From NCBI RefSeq assembly GCF_059727855.1, contig NZ_AP038814.1: a stretch of DNA of 32,000 bases; one strand, written 5' to 3'. Below, in pieces: positions 16,382-24,742 of this stretch. The position numbers were made by a program, and so were the translations under genes. The notes under the pieces were generated by a model. That model was not told the DNA's origin. It saw nothing but the letters and a program-made list of their open reading frames with translations, and searched no databases. The number at the start of each line of letters is the position of its first letter. Positions within the stretch are counted from its first letter, which is position 1.

Positions 16382-16560
16382 TTTATATCCTTATTTGCAG
16401 TGGTGACCCACACGAAAGATCACATACAAAGAAAAATTTGTTTATTAACAGTTCATTGCGAAACCATCTAGCCAACAAATGCTAAATTGGTTCGCAATCA
16501 GGTACACAAATGAAAGACATTAACCTCTCACCTTCCACCCGGTTGAGCGATGTTAACACT
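16382..16560 (-). promoter_or_regulatory. thrS leader with translational operator (tRNA-like hairpins)
   Basis: Two hairpins directly visible: 16403-16423 (minus GTGATC-TTTCGTGTG-GGTCAC, loop holds CGT) and 16455-16498 (arms ATTGCGAAACCA / TTGGTTCGCAAT). ThrRS autoregulation through this leader is established. Confidence 0.75.
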
Positions 16561-16903
16561 AAAAAAAGGGAGATTGTACCTTTCCGTTTCACATTGATTC
16601 GATTCGCAATTCGTTTGTAGTGAGTACACCAGCAAAACGCTTAAAGAACAACTGATAACATCACGGAGCGTCTGAAAGGTTTACTGCGAGCGGATTTACA
16701 GCAGCATAAACTGAATCCAGCAAAGTTCGTTGCATGATTTGGCGGTAGTATTTAAACGATCATGAGATTAATGACGAACTGGTCATATCACAATGATAAA
16801 AGTGACACAATTCTTATAGCAATTTTTCGTGCACATTTCGTTCTGGCGATAATAATTAATCATCATCCTCAAAATCTCCAGACATATATAAGGCGAATAG
16901 ATT

Positions 16904-18802
16904 ATGAGTCAAAACGATATCATTATCAGAACTCATTATAAGTCTCCTCATAGATTGCACATCGATAGCGACATACCAACGCCTTCATCAGAGCCTATTA
17001 ATCAATTTGCGCGCCAACTCATCACCCTACTTGATACCTCTGACTTAAGTTCGATGCTGTCATACTGTGTTACTCAGGAATTTACCGCAAACTGTCGAAA
17101 AATATCACAAAATTGTTATTCCACTGCCCTTTTTATCATTAACTTTGCCACTTCACCCATCCATGCAGAAAATATACTCATTACATTACACTATAAAAAA
17201 GAAATCATTCCCTTATTTCTGGAAACCACGCCTATTAAGGCTAACCATTTGCGAAGCATACTGGATTATATTGAACAGGAACAGTTAACTGCCGAAGATC
17301 GTAACCATTGTATGAAACTGTCTAAAAAAATCCATAGAGAAAAAACTATACAACCAACAGTAAATCTCAATGGTAGTGCATTTTTTTCGCAATCTCCTTC
17401 TGACGCTATTTTTTGTCGCCATCTGTCATTGCAATACGCCCTTGATTCATTGAGAAATGGAAAAGGCAAAGTCAACCTGATTAAACACTACTCCTCCGTT
17501 GAATCCATACAGCAGCATGTCCCCTTAGTCCGGGACGCGGAGTTCAGAGCATTACTTCGCCATCCTCCTGCAGGGAGTCGCGTTATCGCGAGTAAGGATT
17601 TTGGCTTCGCTTTAGATATTTTCTTTTGTCGAATGATGGCAAACAATGTCAGTCATATGTCCGCGATTTTATATATAGACAATCATACTTTGTCAGTAAG
17701 GCTACGAATAAAGCAGTCAGCGTATGGACAATTAAATTATGTTGTGTCTGTTTACGACCCGAACGATACCAACGTTGCCGTCAGAGGCACCCACAGGACA
17801 GCACAGGGCTTTCTCTCGCTTGATAAGTTCATCAGTTCAGGTCCCGATGCTCAGACTTGGGCTGATAGGTATGTTCGCAACTGTGCAATTGCTATTCTGC
17901 CCCTATTACCTGTGGGAGTTCCAGGGGCTATTTTCGCGGGTATTGCATCACGAATGCCATTTGCCCCTATACATCCATCGGCAATGTTGTTAATAATGGC
18001 CACAGGCCAGACTCAACAGCTTATTACATTATTCAAACAGTTGCCCATACTCCCTGAAAAAGAAATCATTAAAATAATAACTGCGCAGAATAACGTTGGT
18101 ACACCTGCTTTATTTCTGGCTATGATGAACGGACATACTGACAACGTAAAAATATTTATGCAAGAAATTCAGTCACTGATATACAATCATATCATTCATG
18201 AAGATAATCTGGTTAAATTACTGCAAACTAAAAGTGCTAACGAAACACCTGGGCTCTATATCTCCATGTTGTATGGGTTCGATGAAACAATCGATATCTT
18301 TCTGAATGCATTAACCACTCCAATAGCACAAGAGCTTTTAAATAAAAAAATAGTGATGGATATTTTAGCAATGAAAACACGTGATGGTGAACCAGGGTTG
18401 TTTGCTGCAATGGAAAATAATCACCCTTTGTGTGTCACACGGTTCCTCTCTAAAATTAATGGCATCGCCTTTAAATACAAGTTGAGCAAAGCTAACATCA
18501 TGGATTTATTAAAAGGCGCTACAGCACATGGAACCCCTGCATTATACATCGCCATGAGCAAGGGTAATGAAGACGTCGTGTTATCTTATATATCGACGCT
18601 GAATATTTTTGCAAAAAAATATTCTTTTAGTCAACGTCAGTTATTCACACTGTTGGCCGCTAAAAATCATGACAACATGTCAGCTGTTCATATAGCCATT
18701 CATCATAATCATTATAAAACTGTAGAAACATATTATGCTGCTATAAATGTAATCAGCCAAAGCCTGAGTTTTAGTGCTGATGAACTAAAGACGTATTTAT
18801 AA
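16904..18802 (+). CDS. arpB: ankyrin-repeat protein ArpB, intact reading frame; possible ShET2/OspD/EspL-like N-terminal domain
   Basis: 632-aa uninterrupted ORF, AT-rich. C-terminal ankyrin-like units: [126 protein letters not shown]. Confidence 0.85.
   Translation: MSQNDIIIRTHYKSPHRLHIDSDIPTPSSEPINQFARQLITLLDTSDLSSMLSYCVTQEFTANCRKISQNCYSTALFIINFATSPIHAENILITLHYKKEIIPLFLETTPIKANHLRSILDYIEQEQLTAEDRNHCMKLSKKIHREKTIQPTVNLNGSAFFSQSPSDAIFCRHLSLQYALDSLRNGKGKVNLIKHYSSVESIQQHVPLVRDAEFRALLRHPPAGSRVIASKDFGFALDIFFCRMMANNVSHMSAILYIDNHTLSVRLRIKQSAYGQLNYVVSVYDPNDTNVAVRGTHRTAQGFLSLDKFISSGPDAQTWADRYVRNCAIAILPLLPVGVPGAIFAGIASRMPFAPIHPSAMLLIMATGQTQQLITLFKQLPILPEKEIIKIITAQNNVGTPALFLAMMNGHTDNVKIFMQEIQSLIYNHIIHEDNLVKLLQTKSANETPGLYISMLYGFDETIDIFLNALTTPIAQELLNKKIVMDILAMKTRDGEPGLFAAMENNHPLCVTRFLSKINGIAFKYKLSKANIMDLLKGATAHGTPALYIAMSKGNEDVVLSYISTLNIFAKKYSFSQRQLFTLLAAKNHDNMSAVHIAIHHNHYKTVETYYAAINVISQSLSFSADELKTYL
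17969..18790 (+). repeat. six degenerate ankyrin-like repeats inside arpB
   Basis: Equivalent codons (the T/E/M of the [GT]xP[AG]L motif) at 17975, 18101, 18245, 18389, 18533, 18677: spacings 126, 144, 144, 144, 144 nt. Confidence 0.85.
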
Positions 18803-18974
18803 CCAACTATTTTCGATATATATGTTGATGCATAATATTATTTTTTCATAAAACGCAGAAACAGTGACCAGGTGTACAACGCCACCCAACGGCTGTAATA
18901 ACAAAAAATCCCTTGATGCCCGTCCCTTTTGTTACACTCCGTTATCACGCACAAGAGATATGCAGGACACTGGT

Positions 18975-19082
18975 ATGCCGACTAAACGCTTTGATAAAAA
19001 ACACTGGAAGATGGTGGTGGTGCTACTGGCAATCTGTGGCGCTATGTTGTTGCTACGTTGGGCAGCAATGATTTGGGGCTGA
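18975..19082 (+). CDS. yniD: small membrane protein YniD (35 aa)
   Basis: In-frame ATG inside the 18864 ORF gives MPTKRFDKKHWKMVVVLLAICGAMLLLRWAAMIWG, a basic N-terminus plus one TM helix. Confidence 0.88.
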   Translation: MPTKRFDKKHWKMVVVLLAICGAMLLLRWAAMIWG

Positions 19083-19134
19083 GCAGTGACAAACGAAGAC
19101 AGCCAGACCGCATAACACGGTCCGGCAGATAATT

Positions 19135-19893
19135 TTACATGCTGTAGCCCAGCGATAAGGTTGTCCGACGGTCGGTATGTTCCGGTGCAGACTCTGGAGG
19201 TTCAGAGTTCCATGTAACGTTGTAAGCCACCTTCAGTCCAAAATGTTCATTAATAGCAACATTTAATGCGCTTTCGGAGTTCAGCGTTGTGTCTTCCGCG
19301 CCAAAGACCGAAACACCCTGCGTAAATTTAGCGTTGTCAGTCAACTGCCATGCATAAGCCCCGGAGGCATAGCCCAGCGGCTGGGTTTCACTGGCATTGT
19401 CAGTATATTTGTCGTAACGCACACCTGGGCCGAATTCAAAGCGGAAACTGTGTACCGGACCATTCAAAAACTGGCGACCATAACCCGCGGTCAACACATC
19501 GCGCTCTCGATAGCCGTTATAACGGTCTGTCAGCCAACTTGCCTGACCAAATAAATAGTCATAATCAGTTAAATTAAAACGGCTACGCCCGCCCGCCGCA
19601 TATTTTTCTGAAGAACGCTCATCATTAGAAGAAGTATTACTGGCGTTCCCCCACAGCGACCAGGCAGTGGTTTGTCCATACCAGGTCATGGTGGTGTCAG
19701 CCGTAAGTGAGGAGCTTTTCGTATTGCCTGATTGTGCAAGATATCCTGCGTTCAGATTACCTTCGAAAGGTTTTTTAGCGCTGGCAGGATCGTCCATGAC
19801 AGTAAAAACGGAATCATCGGCAGCTGCATTCAGTGACGCAAACATGCCCCCCGCCAACATAACGATGGCAGGAACTGTCTTCAAAAGCTTCAT
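19135..19893 (-). CDS. ydiY: YdiY family outer membrane protein (DUF481)
   Basis: 252 aa MKLLKTVPAIVMLAGGMFASLNAAADDSVF... signal peptide, beta-rich, C-terminal ...TTLSLGYSM. Confidence 0.93.
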   Translation of the reverse strand: MKLLKTVPAIVMLAGGMFASLNAAADDSVFTVMDDPASAKKPFEGNLNAGYLAQSGNTKSSSLTADTTMTWYGQTTAWSLWGNASNTSSNDERSSEKYAAGGRSRFNLTDYDYLFGQASWLTDRYNGYRERDVLTAGYGRQFLNGPVHSFRFEFGPGVRYDKYTDNASETQPLGYASGAYAWQLTDNAKFTQGVSVFGAEDTTLNSESALNVAINEHFGLKVAYNVTWNSEPPESAPEHTDRRTTLSLGYSM

Positions 19894-20179
19894 TTATCAA
19901 GAGTCCGTACAACAAAAAAAGAGACCATCGCGGTCCCGGAAACTTTCTTAAGGATCAAAGATTAGCGTCCCTGGAAAGGTAACGAATTATAAAAAGGCGC
20001 GAATAACTTAGCAATGTATTCTTATTTCATTTTTTGAATAAGCATGTGGCGAAAACAGATTTTTATTTATATATATTTATCTGCAAAATTTTAAATAAAG
20101 CTCCAATAAATCATATTGTTAATTTCTTCACTTTCCGCTGATTCGGTGCCAGACTGAAATTAGCCTATAGGAGGAAATG

Positions 20180-21109
20180 ATGGTACGTATCTATACGTTG
20201 ACACTTGCGCCCTCTCTCGATAGCGCAACAATTACCCCGCAAATTTATCCCGAAGGAAAACTGCGCTGTACCGCACCGGTGTTCGAACCCGGGGGCGGCG
20301 GCATCAACGTCGCCCGCGCCATTGCCCATCTTGGAGGCACTGCCACAGCGATCTTCCCGGCGGGTGGCGCGACCGGCGAACATCTGGTTTCACTGTTGGC
20401 GGATGAAAATGTCCCCGTCGCTACTGTAGAAGCCAAAGACTGGACCCGGCAGAATTTACATGTACATGTGGAAGCAAGCGGTGAGCAGTATCGTTTTGTT
20501 ATGCCAGGCGCGGCATTAAATGAAGATGAGTTTCGCCAGCTTGAAGAGCAAGTTCTGGAAATTGAATCCGGGGCCATCCTGGTCATAAGCGGAAGCCTGC
20601 CGCCAGGTGTGAAGCTGGAAAAATTAACCCAACTGATTTCCGCTGCGCAAAAACAAGGGATCCGCTGCATCGTCGACAGTTCTGGCGAAGCGTTAAGTGC
20701 AGCACTGGCAATTGGTAACATCGAGTTGGTTAAGCCTAACCAAAAAGAACTCAGTGCGCTGGTGAATCGCGAACTCACCCAGCCGGACGATGTCCGCAAA
20801 GCCGCGCAGGAAATCGTTAATAGCGGCAAGGCCAAACGGGTTGTCGTTTCCCTGGGTCCACAAGGAGCGCTGGGTGTTGATAGTGAAAACTGTATTCAGG
20901 TGGTGCCACCACCGGTGAAAAGCCAGAGTACCGTTGGCGCTGGTGACAGCATGGTCGGCGCGATGACACTGAAACTGGCAGAAAATGCCTCTCTTGAAGA
21001 GATGGTTCGTTTTGGCGTAGCTGCGGGGAGTGCAGCCACACTCAATCAGGGAACACGTCTGTGCTCCCATGACGATACGCAAAAAATTTACGCTTACCTT
21101 TCCCGCTAA
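20180..21109 (+). CDS. pfkB: 6-phosphofructokinase II (PfkB/ribokinase family)
   Basis: 309 aa MVRIYTLTLAPSLDSATITPQIYPEGKLRCTAPVFEPGGGGINVARA... with GAGDSMVGAM; SD TAGGAGG at about 20166-20172. Confidence 0.97.
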   Translation: MVRIYTLTLAPSLDSATITPQIYPEGKLRCTAPVFEPGGGGINVARAIAHLGGTATAIFPAGGATGEHLVSLLADENVPVATVEAKDWTRQNLHVHVEASGEQYRFVMPGAALNEDEFRQLEEQVLEIESGAILVISGSLPPGVKLEKLTQLISAAQKQGIRCIVDSSGEALSAALAIGNIELVKPNQKELSALVNRELTQPDDVRKAAQEIVNSGKAKRVVVSLGPQGALGVDSENCIQVVPPPVKSQSTVGAGDSMVGAMTLKLAENASLEEMVRFGVAAGSAATLNQGTRLCSHDDTQKIYAYLSR

Positions 21110-21116
21110 CAAAAAC

Positions 21117-21138
21117 ATTCCCCCAGCATTGGGGGAAT
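21117..21138. terminator. inverted repeat after pfkB, terminator-like
   Basis: ATTCCCCC-AGCATT-GGGGGAAT; T-rich tract follows on the minus-strand side (GTTTTTG), none on the + side. Confidence 0.4.
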
Positions 21139-21208
21139 CACCACCAACTGTCGGCAACGCGTTTCTCCGACTATGCTCAAAAGTCATGTGATAACAAAGG
21201 GGTGAACT

Positions 21209-21499
21209 ATGGCCAGTGGCGATCTTGTCCGTTATGTCATAACCGTCATGTTGCATGAGGATACATTGACTGAAATTAACGAGTTGAATAATTACCTGAC
21301 TCGCGACGTTTTTTTGCTCACCATGACGGATGATAAGGGAAATATCCATGAGCTGGGGACTAACACTTTTGGACTTATCAGTACCCAAAGTGAAGAAGAA
21401 ATTAGAGAACTGGTTTCGGGGCTTACCCAAAGTGCAACCGGCAAAGATCCTGAAATCACCATCACGACCTGGGAGGAATGGAATAGCAACAGAAAATAA
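21209..21499 (+). CDS. ydiZ: uncharacterized protein YdiZ
   Basis: 96 aa MASGDLVRYVITVMLHEDTLTEINELNNYLTRDVFLLTMTDDKGNIHELGT... Confidence 0.9.
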   Translation: MASGDLVRYVITVMLHEDTLTEINELNNYLTRDVFLLTMTDDKGNIHELGTNTFGLISTQSEEEIRELVSGLTQSATGKDPEITITTWEEWNSNRK

Positions 21500-21604
21500 A
21501 TGGTTTTTGGGCAATAATCAGTCTGTGGTGTGCGTTAGCTCGTGTTTTTACACCGCATTCTTGCGCTAACCTTATGATCTGGCAGACAACATGGGAGAGA
21601 CATC

Positions 21605-22465
21605 ATGTGGCAGGCAATCAGTCGTCTTTTGAGCGAGCAGTTAGGTGAAGGCGAAATCGAACTGCGTAATGAACTGCCTGGCGGAGAAGTCCATGCCGCA
21701 TGGCATTTGCGCTATGCAGGACATGACTTTTTCGTCAAATGTGATGAAAGGGAACTGCTTCCCGGTTTTACCGCCGAAGCCGACCAACTGGAGTTACTGT
21801 CGCGTAGTAAAACCGTCACCGTGCCTAAGGTTTGGGCAGTTGGCGCCGACCGTGACTACAGTTTTCTGGTGATGGATTATCTCCCACCTCGTCCGCTGGA
21901 TGCGCATAGCGCATTTATTCTTGGTCAGCAAATTGCGCGTTTACACCAATGGAGCGACCAACCACAATTTGGACTCGATTTCGATAACGCGCTCTCCACA
22001 ACTCCACAGCCCAACACCTGGCAACGTCGCTGGTCAACGTTTTTTGCTGAACAACGGATTGGCTGGCAGTTGGAACTGGCAGCAGAGAAAGGGATCGCTT
22101 TCGGCAATATCGACGCCATCGTCGAGCATATTCAGCAGCGTCTGGCCTCGCATCAACCGCAGCCTTCTCTGTTGCACGGCGATTTATGGTCCGGCAACTG
22201 TGCGCTGGGTCCGGATGGCCCGTACATTTTCGACCCGGCCTGCTACTGGGGTGACCGAGAGTGCGACCTGGCGATGTTACCGCTGCATACTGAACAGCCG
22301 CCACAAATCTATGACGGCTATCAGTCAGTATCCCCGCTACCTGCCGATTTCCTTGAACGTCAACCGGTTTACCAACTCTACACGCTGTTAAATCGTGCAA
22401 GGTTATTTGGCGGTCAGCATTTGGTTATTGCTCAGCAGTCATTGGATAGATTATTAGCAGCATGA
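21605..22465 (+). CDS. yniA: fructosamine-kinase-family protein YniA
   Basis: 286 aa; motifs LHGDLWSGNCALG and IFDPACYWGDRECDLAM of the FN3K/APH-like fold. Confidence 0.94.
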   Translation: MWQAISRLLSEQLGEGEIELRNELPGGEVHAAWHLRYAGHDFFVKCDERELLPGFTAEADQLELLSRSKTVTVPKVWAVGADRDYSFLVMDYLPPRPLDAHSAFILGQQIARLHQWSDQPQFGLDFDNALSTTPQPNTWQRRWSTFFAEQRIGWQLELAAEKGIAFGNIDAIVEHIQQRLASHQPQPSLLHGDLWSGNCALGPDGPYIFDPACYWGDRECDLAMLPLHTEQPPQIYDGYQSVSPLPADFLERQPVYQLYTLLNRARLFGGQHLVIAQQSLDRLLAA

Positions 22466-22482
22466 TATGGGTTGAGGATAAT

Positions 22483-22504
22483 GGCCGCTCCGTGCGGCCT
22501 TTTG
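22483..22504. terminator. bidirectional-looking terminator between yniA and yniB
   Basis: GGCCGCTCCGTGCGGCCTTTT between convergent genes. Confidence 0.75.
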
Positions 22505-22505
22505 A

Positions 22506-23042
22506 TTAAATAAACCCAAGCAGAGAAAAGAACACATAACCTGCAGCAATACAAATAACCGGCAGGATATACAGTGAGAAAAACTGCAGGAAAATAGTAT
22601 GGTGCGGAACAACAATACGGGACTCAATTTGTTCACGCGTTAGCCCCTCTTCCCCTTTGGCTTTTTCCAGAATGAGTTGATCTTCAACACCTTCCCGCAA
22701 GAAGCGCGCCTGGCGACTCATCCGGGCACCGGAATCCTGCAACGCCAGTCCGACAAAAATCAGGATGAAAATCACCCAGAACATAACGTTCACGCCACCA
22801 TTAAAATTGGGCGTCGGGGAGTTATACCAGAATAGATTCAAAAAAGGCGTATTCGCCTGCATCATATCGATCATGACATGAGTAAAGTCGAGCATGACCG
22901 CATTAATGCCTTCCTGGTTTTCCTGCCGGGTATTCATAAATTTCAGCAAAGAAATCAATGTAGAGATCAATGCAGGTATAAAAATCACCCAACCCAAAAT
23001 CCTTTTCAAAACAGCAATGCGTCCAGCTTGTTGATACGTCAT
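22506..23042 (-). CDS. yniB: inner membrane protein YniB
   Basis: 178 aa, several hydrophobic helices, MTYQQAGRIAVLKRILGWVIFIPALISTLISLLKFMN... Confidence 0.9.
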   Translation of the reverse strand: MTYQQAGRIAVLKRILGWVIFIPALISTLISLLKFMNTRQENQEGINAVMLDFTHVMIDMMQANTPFLNLFWYNSPTPNFNGGVNVMFWVIFILIFVGLALQDSGARMSRQARFLREGVEDQLILEKAKGEEGLTREQIESRIVVPHHTIFLQFFSLYILPVICIAAGYVFFSLLGFI

Positions 23043-23188
23043 GAGTTCTCCTTGATTAAGACGCGTCGTTTCACTTAGTTTACCTGTAGATATCTGTTTT
23101 CGCCCATTCTTTAAAGGCGATATGATAGGCGCTTAATCATAAGCACGGCTTAATACCTTACACATAATGCTCTAAAGGAGAGGTTGTA

Positions 23189-23857
23189 ATGTCAACCCCG
23201 CGTCAGATTCTTGCTGCAATTTTTGATATGGATGGATTACTTATCGACTCAGAACCTTTATGGGATCGAGCCGAACTGGATGTGATGGCAAGCCTGGGGG
23301 TGGATATCTCCCGTCGTAACGAGCTGCCGGACACCTTAGGTTTACGCATCGATATGGTGGTCGATCTTTGGTACGCCCGGCAACCGTGGAATGGGCCAAG
23401 CCGTCAAGAAGTAGTAGAACGGGTTATTGCCCGTGCCATTTCACTGGTTGAAGAGACACGTCCATTATTACCAGGCGTGCGCGAAGCCGTTGCGTTATGC
23501 AAAGAACAAGGTTTATTGGTGGGACTGGCCTCCGCGTCACCACTACATATGCTGGAAAAAGTGTTGACCATGTTTGACTTACGCGACAGTTTCGATGCCC
23601 TCGCCTCGGCCGAAAAACTGCCTTACAGCAAGCCGCATCCGCAAGTATATCTCGACTGCGCAGCAAAACTGGGCGTTGACCCACTGACCTGCGTAGCGCT
23701 GGAGGATTCGGTAAATGGCATGATCGCCTCTAAAGCAGCCCGCATGCGTTCCATCGTTGTTCCTGCGCCAGAAGCGCAAAATGATCCACGTTTTGTATTA
23801 GCAAACGTCAAACTCTCATCGCTGACAGAACTCACCGCAAAAGACCTTCTCGGTTAA
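23189..23857 (+). CDS. hxpB: HAD-superfamily hexitol/2-deoxyglucose-6-phosphate phosphatase
   Basis: 222 aa MSTPRQILAAIFDMDGLLIDSEPLWDRAELD... (DxDG motif, ALEDSVNG) = YniC. Confidence 0.95.
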   Translation: MSTPRQILAAIFDMDGLLIDSEPLWDRAELDVMASLGVDISRRNELPDTLGLRIDMVVDLWYARQPWNGPSRQEVVERVIARAISLVEETRPLLPGVREAVALCKEQGLLVGLASASPLHMLEKVLTMFDLRDSFDALASAEKLPYSKPHPQVYLDCAAKLGVDPLTCVALEDSVNGMIASKAARMRSIVVPAPEAQNDPRFVLANVKLSSLTELTAKDLLG

Positions 23858-23859
23858 TG

Positions 23860-23890
23860 ACCAGGGGCAGTGATCTCGCTGCCCCTGGTT
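23860..23890 (+). terminator. terminator-like hairpin after hxpB
   Basis: ACCAGGGGCAG-TGATCTCG-CTGCCCCTGGTTCTTT. Confidence 0.75.
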
Positions 23891-23987
23891 CTTTATCTGA
23901 ATTTGCATTCAACTGACGGATTAATCGTCAATTTAAGAGAAAGAGTTACACCGTCACCACTTCCGTGCACTGTATAAAAATCCTATA

Positions 23988-24003
23988 CTGTACGTATCGA
24001 CAG
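23988..24003. promoter_or_regulatory. LexA box (SOS) upstream of ydjM
   Basis: CTGTACGTATCGACAG inside TACTGTACGTATCGACAGTTTA; matches CTG-N10-CAG with a near-consensus spacer, 16 nt before the ydjM ATG. Confidence 0.85.
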
Positions 24004-24019
24004 TTTAGTGAGTTTTATC

Positions 24020-24610
24020 ATGACGGCGGAAGGTCACCTTCTCTTTTCTATTGCTTGTGCGGTATTTGCCAAAAATGCCGAGCTGACGCCCGTGCTGGCA
24101 CAGGGTGACTGGTGGCATATTGTCCCTTCCGCAATCCTGACGTGTTTGTTACCGGATATCGATCACCCAAAGTCGTTTCTTGGGCAGCGATTAAAGTGGA
24201 TATCAAAACCGATCGCCCGCGCTTTTGGGCATCGTGGTTTTACCCACAGTCTGCTGGCAGTATTTGCGCTGCTGGCAACCTTTTACCTTAAGGTTCCTGA
24301 AAGCTGGTTCATTCCGGCTGATGCGCTACAAGGAATGGTGCTGGGTTATTTAAGCCACATACTTGCCGATATGCTGACACCCGCCGGTGTTCCACTGCTC
24401 TGGCCATGCCGCTGGCGTTTCCGCTTGCCTATCCTGGTTCCCCAAAAGGGCAACCAACTGGAACGTTTTATCTGCATGGCATTATTTGTCTGGTCGGTAT
24501 GGATGCCCCATTCATTACCCGAGAACAGTGCTGTTCGTTGGTCATCGCAAATGATCAATACCTTGCAGATCCAGTTTCATCGGCTTATTAAGCATCAGGT
24601 TGAATACTAA
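24020..24610 (+). CDS. ydjM: inner membrane metal-dependent hydrolase family protein YdjM (DUF457), SOS-regulated
   Basis: 196 aa MTAEGHLLFSIACAVFAKNAEL...LLPDIDHPKS...GHRGFTHSLLA...YLSHILADMLTPAG: conserved Asp/His motifs. Confidence 0.93.
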   Translation: MTAEGHLLFSIACAVFAKNAELTPVLAQGDWWHIVPSAILTCLLPDIDHPKSFLGQRLKWISKPIARAFGHRGFTHSLLAVFALLATFYLKVPESWFIPADALQGMVLGYLSHILADMLTPAGVPLLWPCRWRFRLPILVPQKGNQLERFICMALFVWSVWMPHSLPENSAVRWSSQMINTLQIQFHRLIKHQVEY

Positions 24611-24742
24611 AAAGGCAAAAATCACCTTTCTGGAATAAGCAATTCCATTTGAATATAAGAGCCAGCTCACAGTTCTGTTAATCTTGCGCCAACACTATGA
24701 CTGCTACGCAGTGATAGAAATAATAAGATCAGGAGAACGGGG

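Noticed and set aside
20245-20835. 196-aa minus-strand ORF inside pfkB, and 20693..21514
   Set aside because: Antisense to pfkB/ydiZ; Ser/Ala/Pro-rich shadow translation.
21900-22400. 163-aa (+) and 161-aa (-) ORFs within yniA
   Set aside because: Both overlap the yniA frame that carries the kinase-fold motifs; considered frame artefacts.
23969-23990. Possible second LexA box (CTGTATAAAAATCCTATACTG)
   Set aside because: Does not satisfy CTG-N10-CAG; only the 23988-24003 box fits.
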